Positions 49,251-59,007 of a stretch of DNA of 64,000 nucleotides are shown here, one piece after another; the first letter of the stretch is position 1, and each line of letters opens with the position of its first letter. The position numbers and the translations under genes were made by a program. Origin of the DNA: Bdellovibrionales bacterium (GTDB lineage: Bacteria > Bdellovibrionota > Bdellovibrionia > Bdellovibrionales > JAGQZY01); contig CAXRHT010000002.1 of the NCBI GenBank assembly GCA_964230645.1, forward strand, positions 1,472,001 through 1,536,000. Direction: 5' to 3'. Under the pieces are notes generated by a model. That model made no database searches. It was not told where the DNA came from and was given only the letters and a program-made list of their open reading frames with translations.

Positions 49251-49997
49251 ATGATTCAAAAACAACGCTTAAGAGTTTTAAAATTTGGCGGCTCAAGTCT
49301 TGAGTCTCTACCAAAAATTCAAGCCATTGCGGCTCAAATCAAAAAAGACTATGACGAAGGCGACCGCTTTATTTTGGTGGTGAGTGCCATGGGACAAACA
49401 ACAGATGATCTCATTAAAATGGCCTACTCAATCACCGCCACTCCCAACCAACGAGAACTTGATATGTTACTCACCGCGGGCGAAAGAATCAGTATGGCTC
49501 TTATGAGCCTCTCCCTTAACAATCTTGATGTCCCAGCGATAAGTTTCACCGGAAGTCAGGCTGGAATTATGACGTGTGGAACCCACGGAGACGCAGAAAT
49601 TCTTGAGGTAAAACCCATCCGGGTTCAAGAAGAATTAAAAAATGACCGGGTGGTGATCCTCGCTGGCTTTCAAGGTGTTGACCCCAAAACAAAAGAGATC
49701 ACCACTCTTGGAAGAGGGGGCTCGGATACCACAGCCATTGCCATGGCCTCTCACTTTCAAGCTAGAAAGTGTGAATTTAAAAAAGACACCGAAGGGGTTT
49801 TCTCTGCCGACCCCCATCAGTTCCCAGAGGCGACCCATCACCCGAAATTGAGTTGGGACCAAGTCATTGAACTCACCGAAGCCGGCTCTCCCTTCCTCCA
49901 TGTGAGGGCTGCCAAAATGGCTAAAAAATTAAAAATGCCTCTGGAAATCTCCCACGCCCATAAACCTCAGGGTAAAAAAACAATCATTTCTCAGTAA
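49251..49997 (+). CDS. Aspartate kinase, catalytic domain only
   Basis: KFGGSS, VVSAMG, TTLGRGGSDTTA; no ACT domains. Confidence 0.9.
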   Translation: MIQKQRLRVLKFGGSSLESLPKIQAIAAQIKKDYDEGDRFILVVSAMGQTTDDLIKMAYSITATPNQRELDMLLTAGERISMALMSLSLNNLDVPAISFTGSQAGIMTCGTHGDAEILEVKPIRVQEELKNDRVVILAGFQGVDPKTKEITTLGRGGSDTTAIAMASHFQARKCEFKKDTEGVFSADPHQFPEATHHPKLSWDQVIELTEAGSPFLHVRAAKMAKKLKMPLEISHAHKPQGKKTIISQ

Positions 49998-50153
49998 AAG
50001 TTTCCGCTCCGAAACACTGGCCGATTTATGCAGAACAACCTTCTTTATGCCGTCTCACTTGGAGATTGTGTGGAAAGTCTAAACAGCTCACTGACAATTC
50101 TGGCCTGAACAGCCTTTCTTTTTTGTATCTTACTGAAATTACTCTATCTTCTC

Positions 50154-50169
50154 TGGCACTCGCCTTGCT
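50154..50169 (+). promoter_or_regulatory. Sigma54 promoter
   Basis: TGGCACTCGCCTTGCT, near consensus. Confidence 0.78.
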
Positions 50170-50203
50170 CCTAACAATGGTAGCGAGAGAGGGAAGGTAA
50201 CTA

Positions 50204-51205
50204 ATGAAATATCAAAGGTTTTTTTCAATATTGAGTTTATTTATGTTGAGCTTACTCATTTTCGAAAGCTCCGCTCAGGCCGGTCAATATTGCCGCAGAG
50301 GGCGTTACTACTATGATGCCAGCAGTGCATTTTGCAACGGTCGCACAGCGAACTATTGTAGCGCTAATGACGGCTACGACTGTGGAGGCAATCTTTTCTG
50401 TGAATGCTCTCAAACTCAAAGTCAACGCAGTGTTTGGGACCGAGTGCGCAGTGGTTTTTCCAATGCTGTTGGTCGCATTGGTGATGTTTTTGATAATTTT
50501 CGATCGGCTTTCACCAATCAATCTCCCCGACGTGTCGGACGACAAGGAGGCATTTATGAATGGCCTTCTGAACAAGTGGGCGATCAGTATCAGCTCGCCT
50601 GTGGCTCCGAACATATTAGGAGAACAAGAAGCCGTGCCTATATGCATCCTTTAAGTGCTTGCATGCTCGCTGGGGCCGCGCAACAGTGGCGCCAACAAGT
50701 CTGCCCCGATAACACTCCTGATTGTCAGCTCCGTTTCGGAGATATGACCTACGGACACAGTATGCCAGGCCACTGGCCTCACCGTTCTCACCGCAGAGGT
50801 TGGTGTGTCGATGTGTGGCCCATCAGACAACCCGGGCACAGTGGTGACGTGGTTGTGGGTGGACAAGGCTACGATAGAGAGAGAACATTACAGCTATTAA
50901 GAATTTTTCGCGAATGGGGCGCTGACCGTCCACAAGCCGGTCAGGGGCGTGGCAACCAAGTCTTTTTTGACGACCCACAGGCGATTAGAGAGGGATTAGC
51001 CCGGCCGCTTCGAGGAACACATAGAGATCATATTCATGTGTGTTTTCGGCCAACCGCACGAGGAACGGAAGAGCGTTGCAACCAAGCCTCCTTTGATTCG
51101 GGATACTGCCCAATTCTGGCTGGACAAGATCCTAATCAACAACTCAACAACACAGAGAACACGAGTAGCGGCTTAAGAGTCAGGCAAGGAAACTCCGCTC
51201 TTTAG
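50204..51205 (+). CDS. Secreted MepA-like (M74) murein endopeptidase
   Basis: GDM…HRSHRRG..VDVW and HRDHIHV; Cys-rich N-terminus. Confidence 0.75.
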   Translation: MKYQRFFSILSLFMLSLLIFESSAQAGQYCRRGRYYYDASSAFCNGRTANYCSANDGYDCGGNLFCECSQTQSQRSVWDRVRSGFSNAVGRIGDVFDNFRSAFTNQSPRRVGRQGGIYEWPSEQVGDQYQLACGSEHIRRTRSRAYMHPLSACMLAGAAQQWRQQVCPDNTPDCQLRFGDMTYGHSMPGHWPHRSHRRGWCVDVWPIRQPGHSGDVVVGGQGYDRERTLQLLRIFREWGADRPQAGQGRGNQVFFDDPQAIREGLARPLRGTHRDHIHVCFRPTARGTEERCNQASFDSGYCPILAGQDPNQQLNNTENTSSGLRVRQGNSAL

Positions 51206-51309
51206 TAAATTTAAACTTTGAATGAAAATAACTTTTTACTGAGAACACAACCACTTTAAAGGGCTGTTCTTAACGAGACTAACCCTTTTAAAAGTTTTAC
51301 GAGGTACTA

Positions 51310-52527
51310 ATGAACCGAATAGCTCTAGTTGTCCTAGCCAATGCTCTTTTACTCCTCTTAACAGCTTGTCCATCGAAAAATTCCCACCAATCCTCCGGTG
51401 AAATTATCCCGGTAAAAGGAGACCCCCTGGTTTTCATCAAGGGCACTCAAGGCGATACCGAGTCTGGTCTCCCCCTCTCCTTACTATCTGAGAATACAGA
51501 GTGGACAATTTACTCCCGAGGTTTTCGGGCCACAAAACAGGAGCAGCCCCAGGCCACACAAGAAGACCTTGAAGAAGACAATTCGGCACCTGACGATAGT
51601 TTCGTGGCCTCTCTAGAAGAGTCCGTTGAAGCTTTCCATCTGCAAGGACCGCACGAATCCAATGGCCAAGTTCCCTATTATTATTTTGAACCCGTCGAAT
51701 CTAGAGAGGGACAACTGACATTCCAATTTGTTCCAAAGGATAGTCGCCTGCATTTAACCGCTCTTTATGTTGGAAAAAATAAGGACTTTAAAGTGGAACA
51801 GGTGAAGGTTCACCACTATTCAGTCAAAGACGATCAGTCCGCCTTTAGTGTTCTTGTGAGCTTAAACTCCATAGGACTTGATTCGTTGATCTCTTTTGAA
51901 TTTACAAGAAAACAAGACACTGGCTTTCTTTCTCAAAAGCTTGATGCCGCTTACAACTATATGTTTGGTCCTGGAATTAAAATGACTTGGGACCAATCTA
52001 AAGAACATAAAATCACCATTTGTAACCAAAACTCCATTGGAGAATATGCCGAGGTGGCCAAAGAGTCCGTGCTTCGTTGGAAAGAAGGCCCCTTAGAAAA
52101 TCGACTGCGCTATACGGTCAGCGATGCGCCAGAAACCTGTCCTCCCTTTAGCGATCTTAATACGCACAGTATTCTCCACGTTAAAGGTTGGATCGCCGTT
52201 TATAAAGAGGGGGCGCAACTCGCTTTTGCCACCATGACTCCAAACTTTTATTCTCAAAACTTTGTGGACGGGGATGTTATGTTTCTTGAATCAGAGTGGG
52301 AAGAGGGCCTCGAAGGCAAAAGCTTAGTCGATGAGGAAATTCTATCAAACGCAAATGTTCAGAAAGCCTATCGCATCACGATCACTCATGAAACAGGCCA
52401 CCTTTTAGGCCTCCACCATCAATTCGACCCCGCCATTCCATCTATGATGGGATACAAAGACGTGGATCGTTTAACTACCTATGATTGGAACGCCATCCAA
52501 GCGCTCTACCCACCTATCGAAGAATAA
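51310..52527 (+). CDS. Metzincin (matrixin-like) metalloprotease lipoprotein
   Basis: LTAC lipobox; HETGHLLGLHH, Met-turn SMM, D..AIQALY. Confidence 0.88.
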   Translation: MNRIALVVLANALLLLLTACPSKNSHQSSGEIIPVKGDPLVFIKGTQGDTESGLPLSLLSENTEWTIYSRGFRATKQEQPQATQEDLEEDNSAPDDSFVASLEESVEAFHLQGPHESNGQVPYYYFEPVESREGQLTFQFVPKDSRLHLTALYVGKNKDFKVEQVKVHHYSVKDDQSAFSVLVSLNSIGLDSLISFEFTRKQDTGFLSQKLDAAYNYMFGPGIKMTWDQSKEHKITICNQNSIGEYAEVAKESVLRWKEGPLENRLRYTVSDAPETCPPFSDLNTHSILHVKGWIAVYKEGAQLAFATMTPNFYSQNFVDGDVMFLESEWEEGLEGKSLVDEEILSNANVQKAYRITITHETGHLLGLHHQFDPAIPSMMGYKDVDRLTTYDWNAIQALYPPIEE

Positions 52528-52538
52528 AGACCAACTAA

Positions 52539-52626
52539 TGTCGTCCTGAGGCGAAGCCGAAGGACCTTTTGGAGCTATGTCGAAGCTCCTCCTTCCCCGT
52601 GGATATTCTTTACATCCATGAAGACA
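52539..52626. repeat. Degenerate REP-like element related to the 8.9-kb array
   Basis: TGTCGTCCTGAGGCGAAGCCGAAGGACCT left end; decayed right end …CATGAAGACA. Confidence 0.55.
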
Positions 52627-52669
52627 TTTCAAAAAAAAGACTCAAACTCAAAATAACGGCCTCCTGAGC

Positions 52670-52685
52670 CGGCATAGAACTTGTA
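52670..52685 (+). promoter_or_regulatory. Sigma54-like promoter (GT at -12)
   Basis: CGGCATAGAACTTGTA. Confidence 0.5.
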
Positions 52686-52695
52686 ATACTATGAC

Positions 52696-52826
52696 AATAT
52701 ACGGAGCTTCGGAATTTGGGACTGAGGCTCTATTTAAGGTCGATTAAGGGATAAGTGGGAATATCGGACTTTGAAGGGTCGAAGAAGGTTTTGAATGGGA
52801 TCAAAATCAAGCGGATAGGGATGGGA
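52696..52826 (+). promoter_or_regulatory. GGA-rich structured 5' leader
   Basis: 10 GGA in 124 nt, several in hairpin loops. Confidence 0.6.
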
Positions 52827-53239
52827 TGAATCGTAAGCTAATTTTGGGATTTTTACTTCTAGTGAGTCTTCCGGGCCAGACTAGTTTTCTCGGAGGACTC
52901 ACAGAGCTTGCGAATTATCAAAGTGCTCTGCCCTGCCAATCTCTAAATACCTGTTGGGCAAACAAAGGAATTATGGGATACGCCATTGATCGCGCCTCCG
53001 ACGCCGGCCTTGATGCCGAATCAATTTCTGTTGAAAACAAAGACACTGAGATTTTTGTTATAAGCAAACGATATGGACGATGCCTTATCGACACTAACGA
53101 AGCCCAAGGAAAAGGCGAGTTCACTTTCCATTGTCTTCTCGAAAACAAAAGTAAAAAGACTTTTTCCTTAAAAAATGAAAATGGCAAGCTTGCGCTTATA
53201 GAAAAATTATCAAATAAAAAGAAAGGGATCTTAAAATGA
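52826..53239 (+). CDS. Secreted hypothetical protein
   Basis: Signal-like N-terminus, 4 Cys; ATGA-coupled to the next gene. Confidence 0.65.
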   Translation: MNRKLILGFLLLVSLPGQTSFLGGLTELANYQSALPCQSLNTCWANKGIMGYAIDRASDAGLDAESISVENKDTEIFVISKRYGRCLIDTNEAQGKGEFTFHCLLENKSKKTFSLKNENGKLALIEKLSNKKKGILK

Positions 53240-53943
53240 CAAAGGCCGATCGAACATTACAATTTTCTCCACAAATTCTTGTGGGCTTTGCTATGTTGTT
53301 TTTTGCCTATCCTTTTCTAACAAATACTCTTTATCAAAATATTAGTTTTGCAGCGGGTGTAATCCTTTTGTTTTCTGCTTGGCTTGCCGCCAACTTGTTA
53401 AAAAAAGACGAACTGATTGAGTCTGGTCAATGGATTGAGCAAAAAAAGGTCATGACAGCCATGTCTGCTTGTCTATCTCTCGGGCTTTTTATGTTGGTGT
53501 ACTACGAAGCTCAAATGCCTAAGTACAACATTGCGATGACCAAAAAGGAACTCTACCGAGTGCCCCCACAGCTCAATAAAAAACAACTGGTAGAGCTCGG
53601 ATCGGAGTGCAATACCTACGGCAACACTCTCTGTAGCCACGATGTCTTCGCAAAAATAGTTAAAATGGATCCGAGAGACTACAACGCCCTTGGAAACCTC
53701 GCCATGGCACAAACCCACCTAGGTTTTCACCAGTATGCGGTTGAGAACTTCACTAAGGTTGTTGAAAATGGCGCTGGCACCTATGATATTTATCGCTTCT
53801 TTGGAGACTCTTTATTACAAGTAGGCCGCCATCAACAGGCCTTAAAAGTCTACAAACGCTCTCTTCGCCTTAATCCGAACCAAGATTTTCTTCGCAAGAA
53901 AATTCGCAAAATTTCAAAATCTATACCGAGAAGTGAAAAATGA
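53236..53943 (+). CDS. Membrane protein with C-terminal TPRs
   Basis: Three TM helices, then ALGNLAMA…, YKRSLRLNP. Confidence 0.8.
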   Translation: MTKADRTLQFSPQILVGFAMLFFAYPFLTNTLYQNISFAAGVILLFSAWLAANLLKKDELIESGQWIEQKKVMTAMSACLSLGLFMLVYYEAQMPKYNIAMTKKELYRVPPQLNKKQLVELGSECNTYGNTLCSHDVFAKIVKMDPRDYNALGNLAMAQTHLGFHQYAVENFTKVVENGAGTYDIYRFFGDSLLQVGRHQQALKVYKRSLRLNPNQDFLRKKIRKISKSIPRSEK

Positions 53944-54107
53944 TCGGTTTTTCTGTATTTCTTATTAGACTCGCTGTGGTAGTTGGCCTGATTTTTATAG
54001 CTGGTTCATCAAGAGCCGCCACTTCAAGCTATGATCTAAATACCAGCTTCTCAGGCTCTGAGGGTATTCGATCATTTTGCTCTACCAATCAAAATTCTAG
54101 GTCTTAA
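53940..54107 (+). CDS. Small 55-aa putative secreted peptide (not in ORF track)
   Basis: ATGA overlap with the upstream stop; MIGFSVFLIRLAVVVGLIFIAGSSRA-ATSSYDLNTSFSGSEGIRSFCSTNQNSRS. Confidence 0.5.
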   Translation: MIGFSVFLIRLAVVVGLIFIAGSSRAATSSYDLNTSFSGSEGIRSFCSTNQNSRS

Positions 54108-54224
54108 AAATAAGCCCCCTCCCCTGACTATTTCGCTAACTATGGGAGTTTAGAAATATAAGGAACTTACTCTATGACCCGAGGCTTAACGAGTTCAATG
54201 ATGGAAATCGCATAGGCCCCTCTG

Positions 54225-55673
54225 ATGTCCTATGATAGGATTTCCACGATGAAATCTTCTTCTAACAGTACAACCACAAAACCTAAAAAACTCTATCTAC
54301 AGGCTAAAGATTTAATTTATGGGGGGCCGCTTCGCTGGTTATTTGAAAAGATATGGCGATTATCCGGTATTGAGAATTATCGTTATTCAATCTTGAAAAA
54401 GCTGACGCAATTGAGAGCTCAACTATACGCCAGTCCTACTTTTTGTCCCCTGCCCTGGGTTCATTTCAGCGTTTCTAGCGACCAAACCATGCGCTTATGT
54501 TGTAACAATGAAGGTTCATCCCAAGTGCGACATTCCGACGGTCGCCCCGTTTTATTACAAGAAATCAACAGCCTAGAAGAGTATGTAAATTTGCCTTTCA
54601 TGCGAAAAACTCGCTTGCAAATGCTCAGAGGTGAAGAGCCCCAAGCCTGCAGTAAATGCTTTAACCACGAGCGAGCCGGTAGTCTTTCGATGAGGCAGAC
54701 ATATCAAGCGTATTATAGCCAAAGCCTTGGTAAAATGATCCGACAAACTCAAAAAGACGGTAGCCTCTCACCCAATGTCCGCTATTTGGATTTAGCCATG
54801 GGAAATAACTGCAACATTCGCTGCCGTATGTGCTCCCCATCTTATTCCAAACAGCTACGGGGGGAATTCGACCAGCACCAATTTTCTTATGGTAAAGAAA
54901 TGGCCGACCGAGCCGAGAAAGCTTGGTCAAAGGATCGCTATAGAACAGAACTCTTCGAGGAAATACTAGAGAATACAGACCAGATGCTCTTGACCGGTGG
55001 CGAACCCTTTTTGATCGAGGGCCAGTACCGACTTATGGAGCAAGCGGTGGCAATGGGACGAGCCCCGTCCATCAAAGTAACCTATCACACTAATCTCACA
55101 GTTCTTCCTCAGCGATTGCTTAAGCTCTGGCCTCATTTTAAAGAGATCCGCGTGCATGGCAGTATCGAAGGCATCGGCCCCCTCAACGATTACATTCGCT
55201 ACCCCTCTCAGTGGCACAAAGTTGATAAGAATCTGCGTGAGCTTTTGAAATTAAAAAAGGAACTTCCCCTTTGGGTAGAGGTACATAGTGTTTTTCAAGC
55301 CTACAACCTCACTCGTGTCACAGAATTGCTAGATTATCTTCTGCAATTTCATCAACAAATGCCAAGCTTTCCTTTTTTCAATTATCTCCACCATCCCACA
55401 CCTCTCAAAGTGAACGTCATTGATCGCGACCTTCGCGAAAAGACAATGTTTGAAATCAAAGAGTTTATTAAAAGGAAGGAACACATCTATTTTTCATCCC
55501 GCTGCCCCTTTGTATACTACAACCAGCTCAACCACGAAGCTTTCCAAGGACACTACGACTTAATGATGGCGGAAGATCCTAATGCCACGTGGTCAAAATT
55601 CCTAGAAATGAGTCACGCTTTAGATCAATCTCGGCAACAAAAAATAGAAAGTGTCCTGCCTGAACTATTTTGA
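54225..55673 (+). CDS. Radical SAM protein with N-terminal twitch/SPASM-like domain
   Basis: CNIRCRMC, GGEPF; CPLPW…LCC…CSKC auxiliary Cys. Confidence 0.9.
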   Translation: MSYDRISTMKSSSNSTTTKPKKLYLQAKDLIYGGPLRWLFEKIWRLSGIENYRYSILKKLTQLRAQLYASPTFCPLPWVHFSVSSDQTMRLCCNNEGSSQVRHSDGRPVLLQEINSLEEYVNLPFMRKTRLQMLRGEEPQACSKCFNHERAGSLSMRQTYQAYYSQSLGKMIRQTQKDGSLSPNVRYLDLAMGNNCNIRCRMCSPSYSKQLRGEFDQHQFSYGKEMADRAEKAWSKDRYRTELFEEILENTDQMLLTGGEPFLIEGQYRLMEQAVAMGRAPSIKVTYHTNLTVLPQRLLKLWPHFKEIRVHGSIEGIGPLNDYIRYPSQWHKVDKNLRELLKLKKELPLWVEVHSVFQAYNLTRVTELLDYLLQFHQQMPSFPFFNYLHHPTPLKVNVIDRDLREKTMFEIKEFIKRKEHIYFSSRCPFVYYNQLNHEAFQGHYDLMMAEDPNATWSKFLEMSHALDQSRQQKIESVLPELF

Positions 55674-55869
55674 AGGTACCAGGTTCTTTTTTCGGATGCA
55701 GCCTGTTGAGAATTATCACTATGACTCAAAATTGAGATCTCTCTTTTGAAATGATTTTTAATTGAAAATTGAGTCATATCGAATCGAGACGTTTTTTATT
55801 TTGATCGTTTGTATTCATAAATAAATGTTAAAATAATGAAGTTAGCAAAGAAGTCTCGTTTCGGGGGTC

Positions 55870-56955
55870 GTGGTGAGATTTATAATCATATGTTCTCTTT
55901 TTTTACTCACAGCCTGTTTGGATCAAGGGTCTTTATCAGGTGTTTCTCAAGAAGATGGACCCAACCTCCCTCCTGACGAGCGTTGCAATGAGACATTAAC
56001 TTGCAACGAAGATGACCCTTCTCCAGATATTGATGATGACCAAGACGAGCCCTCACCCGTCATTTCTCTGGAGCCAAGAAACTCTGCTAATCTCTTCACC
56101 TCAGGTCATAGCCTCTTGGATCCTGTGGCTAGCGTGATTGGCTCGGTTGGCTTAGCCGAATTTCGTCTGGGAGCTTATTATCACCATACCATTCCTGGAT
56201 CTCCGATTGAGTCGAGATTGCAGAGTTTAGGGGATGAGATTTTCGGAATGAACAACTACGACACTCTGATCGTAACAGAAAGACATGATCTTATACCCGT
56301 TTTACGTTGGCATTTAGGACATCAAGATTTTAAAGATTATGTCGATCGCTTTTTGAATCGCAATCCCAACGCCCAAGAATTCTTCTATTATCACTCCTGG
56401 TTGGAAATTGATTACAACAACCCACTACCTTGGATTGAGCACGAAACAGCCGCCGGCCCAGTGTGGGAGTGTACCGCACTAAAAGTCAGCCAGATGTACA
56501 CCGATGAAATGAGTGACGTCGAGATTCAGAATATACCAGCTAGCACCGCACTTGTTGAGTTAGTTTCAAGATCCACTGGTGGAAATAATCTTCCTGGAGT
56601 CACTCAAGCCAATGACTATCAGACCATCGATTACCTTTTCTCCGACAATGTGCACGTGGAAGATGTCACTTCTTATTTTCTCACCCTTGTTACATATGCT
56701 TTCGTTATGAGACGTTCGTTGGATGATATAGATGTTCCTATTGGTATTTCTACCCTCACCGCTCAATCTCTAAAGACTGTTGCCTGGGATGTTGTTACTA
56801 ATTACGCCCCTGAATTTACATCGCTCGCTCAGTGCCGGGATTATATGGAAGACTACTGCTCGGTTGCCGCCACCTTTCTAAGACTACCAGGTAATAATCC
56901 CCTAACCGATGTTAATACTTGTCTCTGGGTTCGAGATAATATTTTTAACGATTAA
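55870..56955 (+). CDS. Lipoprotein, possible SGNH-like hydrolase
   Basis: LTAC lipobox; GHSL and DNVH motifs. Confidence 0.6.
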   Translation: MVRFIIICSLFLLTACLDQGSLSGVSQEDGPNLPPDERCNETLTCNEDDPSPDIDDDQDEPSPVISLEPRNSANLFTSGHSLLDPVASVIGSVGLAEFRLGAYYHHTIPGSPIESRLQSLGDEIFGMNNYDTLIVTERHDLIPVLRWHLGHQDFKDYVDRFLNRNPNAQEFFYYHSWLEIDYNNPLPWIEHETAAGPVWECTALKVSQMYTDEMSDVEIQNIPASTALVELVSRSTGGNNLPGVTQANDYQTIDYLFSDNVHVEDVTSYFLTLVTYAFVMRRSLDDIDVPIGISTLTAQSLKTVAWDVVTNYAPEFTSLAQCRDYMEDYCSVAATFLRLPGNNPLTDVNTCLWVRDNIFND

Positions 56956-56974
56956 AACTTTCTTATTCAGATAT

Positions 56975-57009
56975 AAAAAAAGCCAAACCCTTTTGAGAGT
57001 TTGGCTTTT
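56975..57009. terminator. Probably bidirectional terminator between convergent genes
   Basis: A-run, AGCCAAAC…GTTTGGCT stem, T-run. Confidence 0.8.
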
Positions 57010-57032
57010 GTAACTTCAGAATAACCAAAGAA

Positions 57033-58184
57033 TTAATGAGCGCGAGGAGAAGCTTTTTTAGACTTCTTGCTCGACTTTGTCGATTTAGAGTCAGATTTAG
57101 TCTCTGACTTTGCTTCCGACTTCGCTTCTTTTTTACCTTCAAGCTCTTCAGTAGCTTTAGCGGTTTTTTTAGCTCCACCAAAATCAATGCCCTTGGCTTC
57201 GCAAACTTTTTGGCGAATCTCTTCCATCATTTCTGGATTTTCTTTTAAGAAATTTTTGGAATTATCTCGTCCTTGTCCGAGTCTCTCACCATTGTAGCTG
57301 AACCAAGCGCCTGATTTATCAACGATGTCGTGCTTCACTCCAAGATCGAGAATGTCTCCTTCTCTTGAAATTCCTTGGCCGTACATAATGTCGAATTCCA
57401 CCTTCGCGAAAGGAGGCGCCATTTTATTTTTGACCACTTTAACGGCGGTACGGTTACCAATCACTTCATCACCTGTTTTGATGGCTCCAATTCTACGTAC
57501 GTCTAAACGAACAGAAGAATAGAACTTCAAGGCGTTTCCACCCGTTGTTGTCTCAGGGTTTCCGAACATGACACCGATTTTCATACGAATTTGGTTGATG
57601 AAAACCACCGTTGTTTTTGAACGGTTGATCGCTCCTGTTAACTTACGAAGAGCTTGTGACATCAAGCGCGCTTGTAGGCCCATATGAGAATCACCCATGT
57701 CTCCTTCGATCTCAGCACGAGGAGTAAGAGCCGCCACAGAGTCGACCACAAGAATATCAAGGGCGCCGGAGCGAACAAGAGTTTCCGTGATCTCAAGAGC
57801 TTGTTCTCCAGTGTCAGGTTGGGAGATCAAAAGATCTTCTGTTCTTACACCTAGGTTACGAGCATAATTCACATCAAGGGCGTGCTCGGCATCAACAAAA
57901 GCGGCTGTTCCACCGGCTTTTTGAGCCTCAGCAATGGCCGTAAGCGCTAGAGTTGTCTTACCAGAACTTTCTGGTCCATAAATTTCAATGATTCGACCAC
58001 GAGGATATCCACCAATGCCTAAGCCGATATCAAGGCTCAGGGCTCCTGAAGAAATCACAGGAACATCACCGTACATGGATTGGGTTTCTCCCAAACGCAT
58101 GATCGAGCCTTTTCCGAATTGTTTTTCAATGGCTGAAACTGCCAAATCAATGGCTTTGTTTTTACCGTCTTTAGTTGTTTCCAT
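57033..58184 (-). CDS. recA: Recombinase RecA
   Basis: [29 protein letters not shown]. Confidence 0.99.
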   Translation of the reverse strand: METTKDGKNKAIDLAVSAIEKQFGKGSIMRLGETQSMYGDVPVISSGALSLDIGLGIGGYPRGRIIEIYGPESSGKTTLALTAIAEAQKAGGTAAFVDAEHALDVNYARNLGVRTEDLLISQPDTGEQALEITETLVRSGALDILVVDSVAALTPRAEIEGDMGDSHMGLQARLMSQALRKLTGAINRSKTTVVFINQIRMKIGVMFGNPETTTGGNALKFYSSVRLDVRRIGAIKTGDEVIGNRTAVKVVKNKMAPPFAKVEFDIMYGQGISREGDILDLGVKHDIVDKSGAWFSYNGERLGQGRDNSKNFLKENPEMMEEIRQKVCEAKGIDFGGAKKTAKATEELEGKKEAKSEAKSETKSDSKSTKSSKKSKKASPRAH

Positions 58185-58295
58185 TAAACCCCCAGGTTTA
58201 TTTTTTAAAAGTTATAAAGTTAATATGAGGAGAGTTTTAATAAAGTAAAGTTCCCTTCACTCTTCTCAATGATAATTTTGACTTCGGATTATTCA

Positions 58296-58781
58296 CTATG
58301 AGTTCTTTCCATTAGATAAAAATTGATTCATAGTTTTAATCACAAAATCGACCGACTGTTGTTGGACCTCCTCTCGGCTACCCGTAAAAGACTCTTGTGT
58401 CGTCTTTTCAAATCCCGGTCCAACAAAAGCAAAGCAAACGGTTCCCACTGGCTTGGTATCTGTCCCTCCAGACGGACCCGCTATTCCGGTTATGCTCACA
58501 GCCCAATGGGTTTCGGTCAAGGTTTTCGCTCCTAGAGCCATGTGCAGAGCCACGGTTCGACTCACAGCACCCACCGTACTCAAAATATGAGGGGGCACAC
58601 CCAGAATTTCGATCTTCATTCTATTGCTGTAAGTCACGAAGCTTCCCATAAAAACATCGGAAACACCCGCGAGCCTTGTGACTTGTGAAGAGAGAAGTCC
58701 CCCTGTGCAACTCTCGGCAAAACATATTGTTTCCTTGCGATTTCGAAGGCTTGTAATCATATCCGTGGTGTTTTGACTCAA
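58296..58781 (-). CDS. cinA: CinA C-terminal / PncC NMN deamidase
   Basis: AESCTGG, GAVS, SITGIAGPSGG; upstream of recA. Confidence 0.9.
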   Translation of the reverse strand: MSQNTTDMITSLRNRKETICFAESCTGGLLSSQVTRLAGVSDVFMGSFVTYSNRMKIEILGVPPHILSTVGAVSRTVALHMALGAKTLTETHWAVSITGIAGPSGGTDTKPVGTVCFAFVGPGFEKTTQESFTGSREEVQQQSVDFVIKTMNQFLSNGKNS

Positions 58782-59007
58782 AAGTTGTCCTTTGCACGAG
58801 GTGTGACCGACTGGTGGCCAAGGTATAAAATGTCCGCGATAAAAAATCTAGCTCGAATATCAATCAGACTTTTTCAATAAGCCTATTTTTTAATCACTTA
58901 AAAGGGAGATCGTGCCTCTTTGTAGCGCGACGTCCTACCAAAAGGAGCCAGGCACCTTTTAGAGATTTCCCTTTAAAACCCTTTCTCTCTTTGGTTACAA
59001 TATTAGG

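Noticed and set aside
58185..58295. LexA box upstream of recA
   Set aside because: No recognisable palindromic SOS box.
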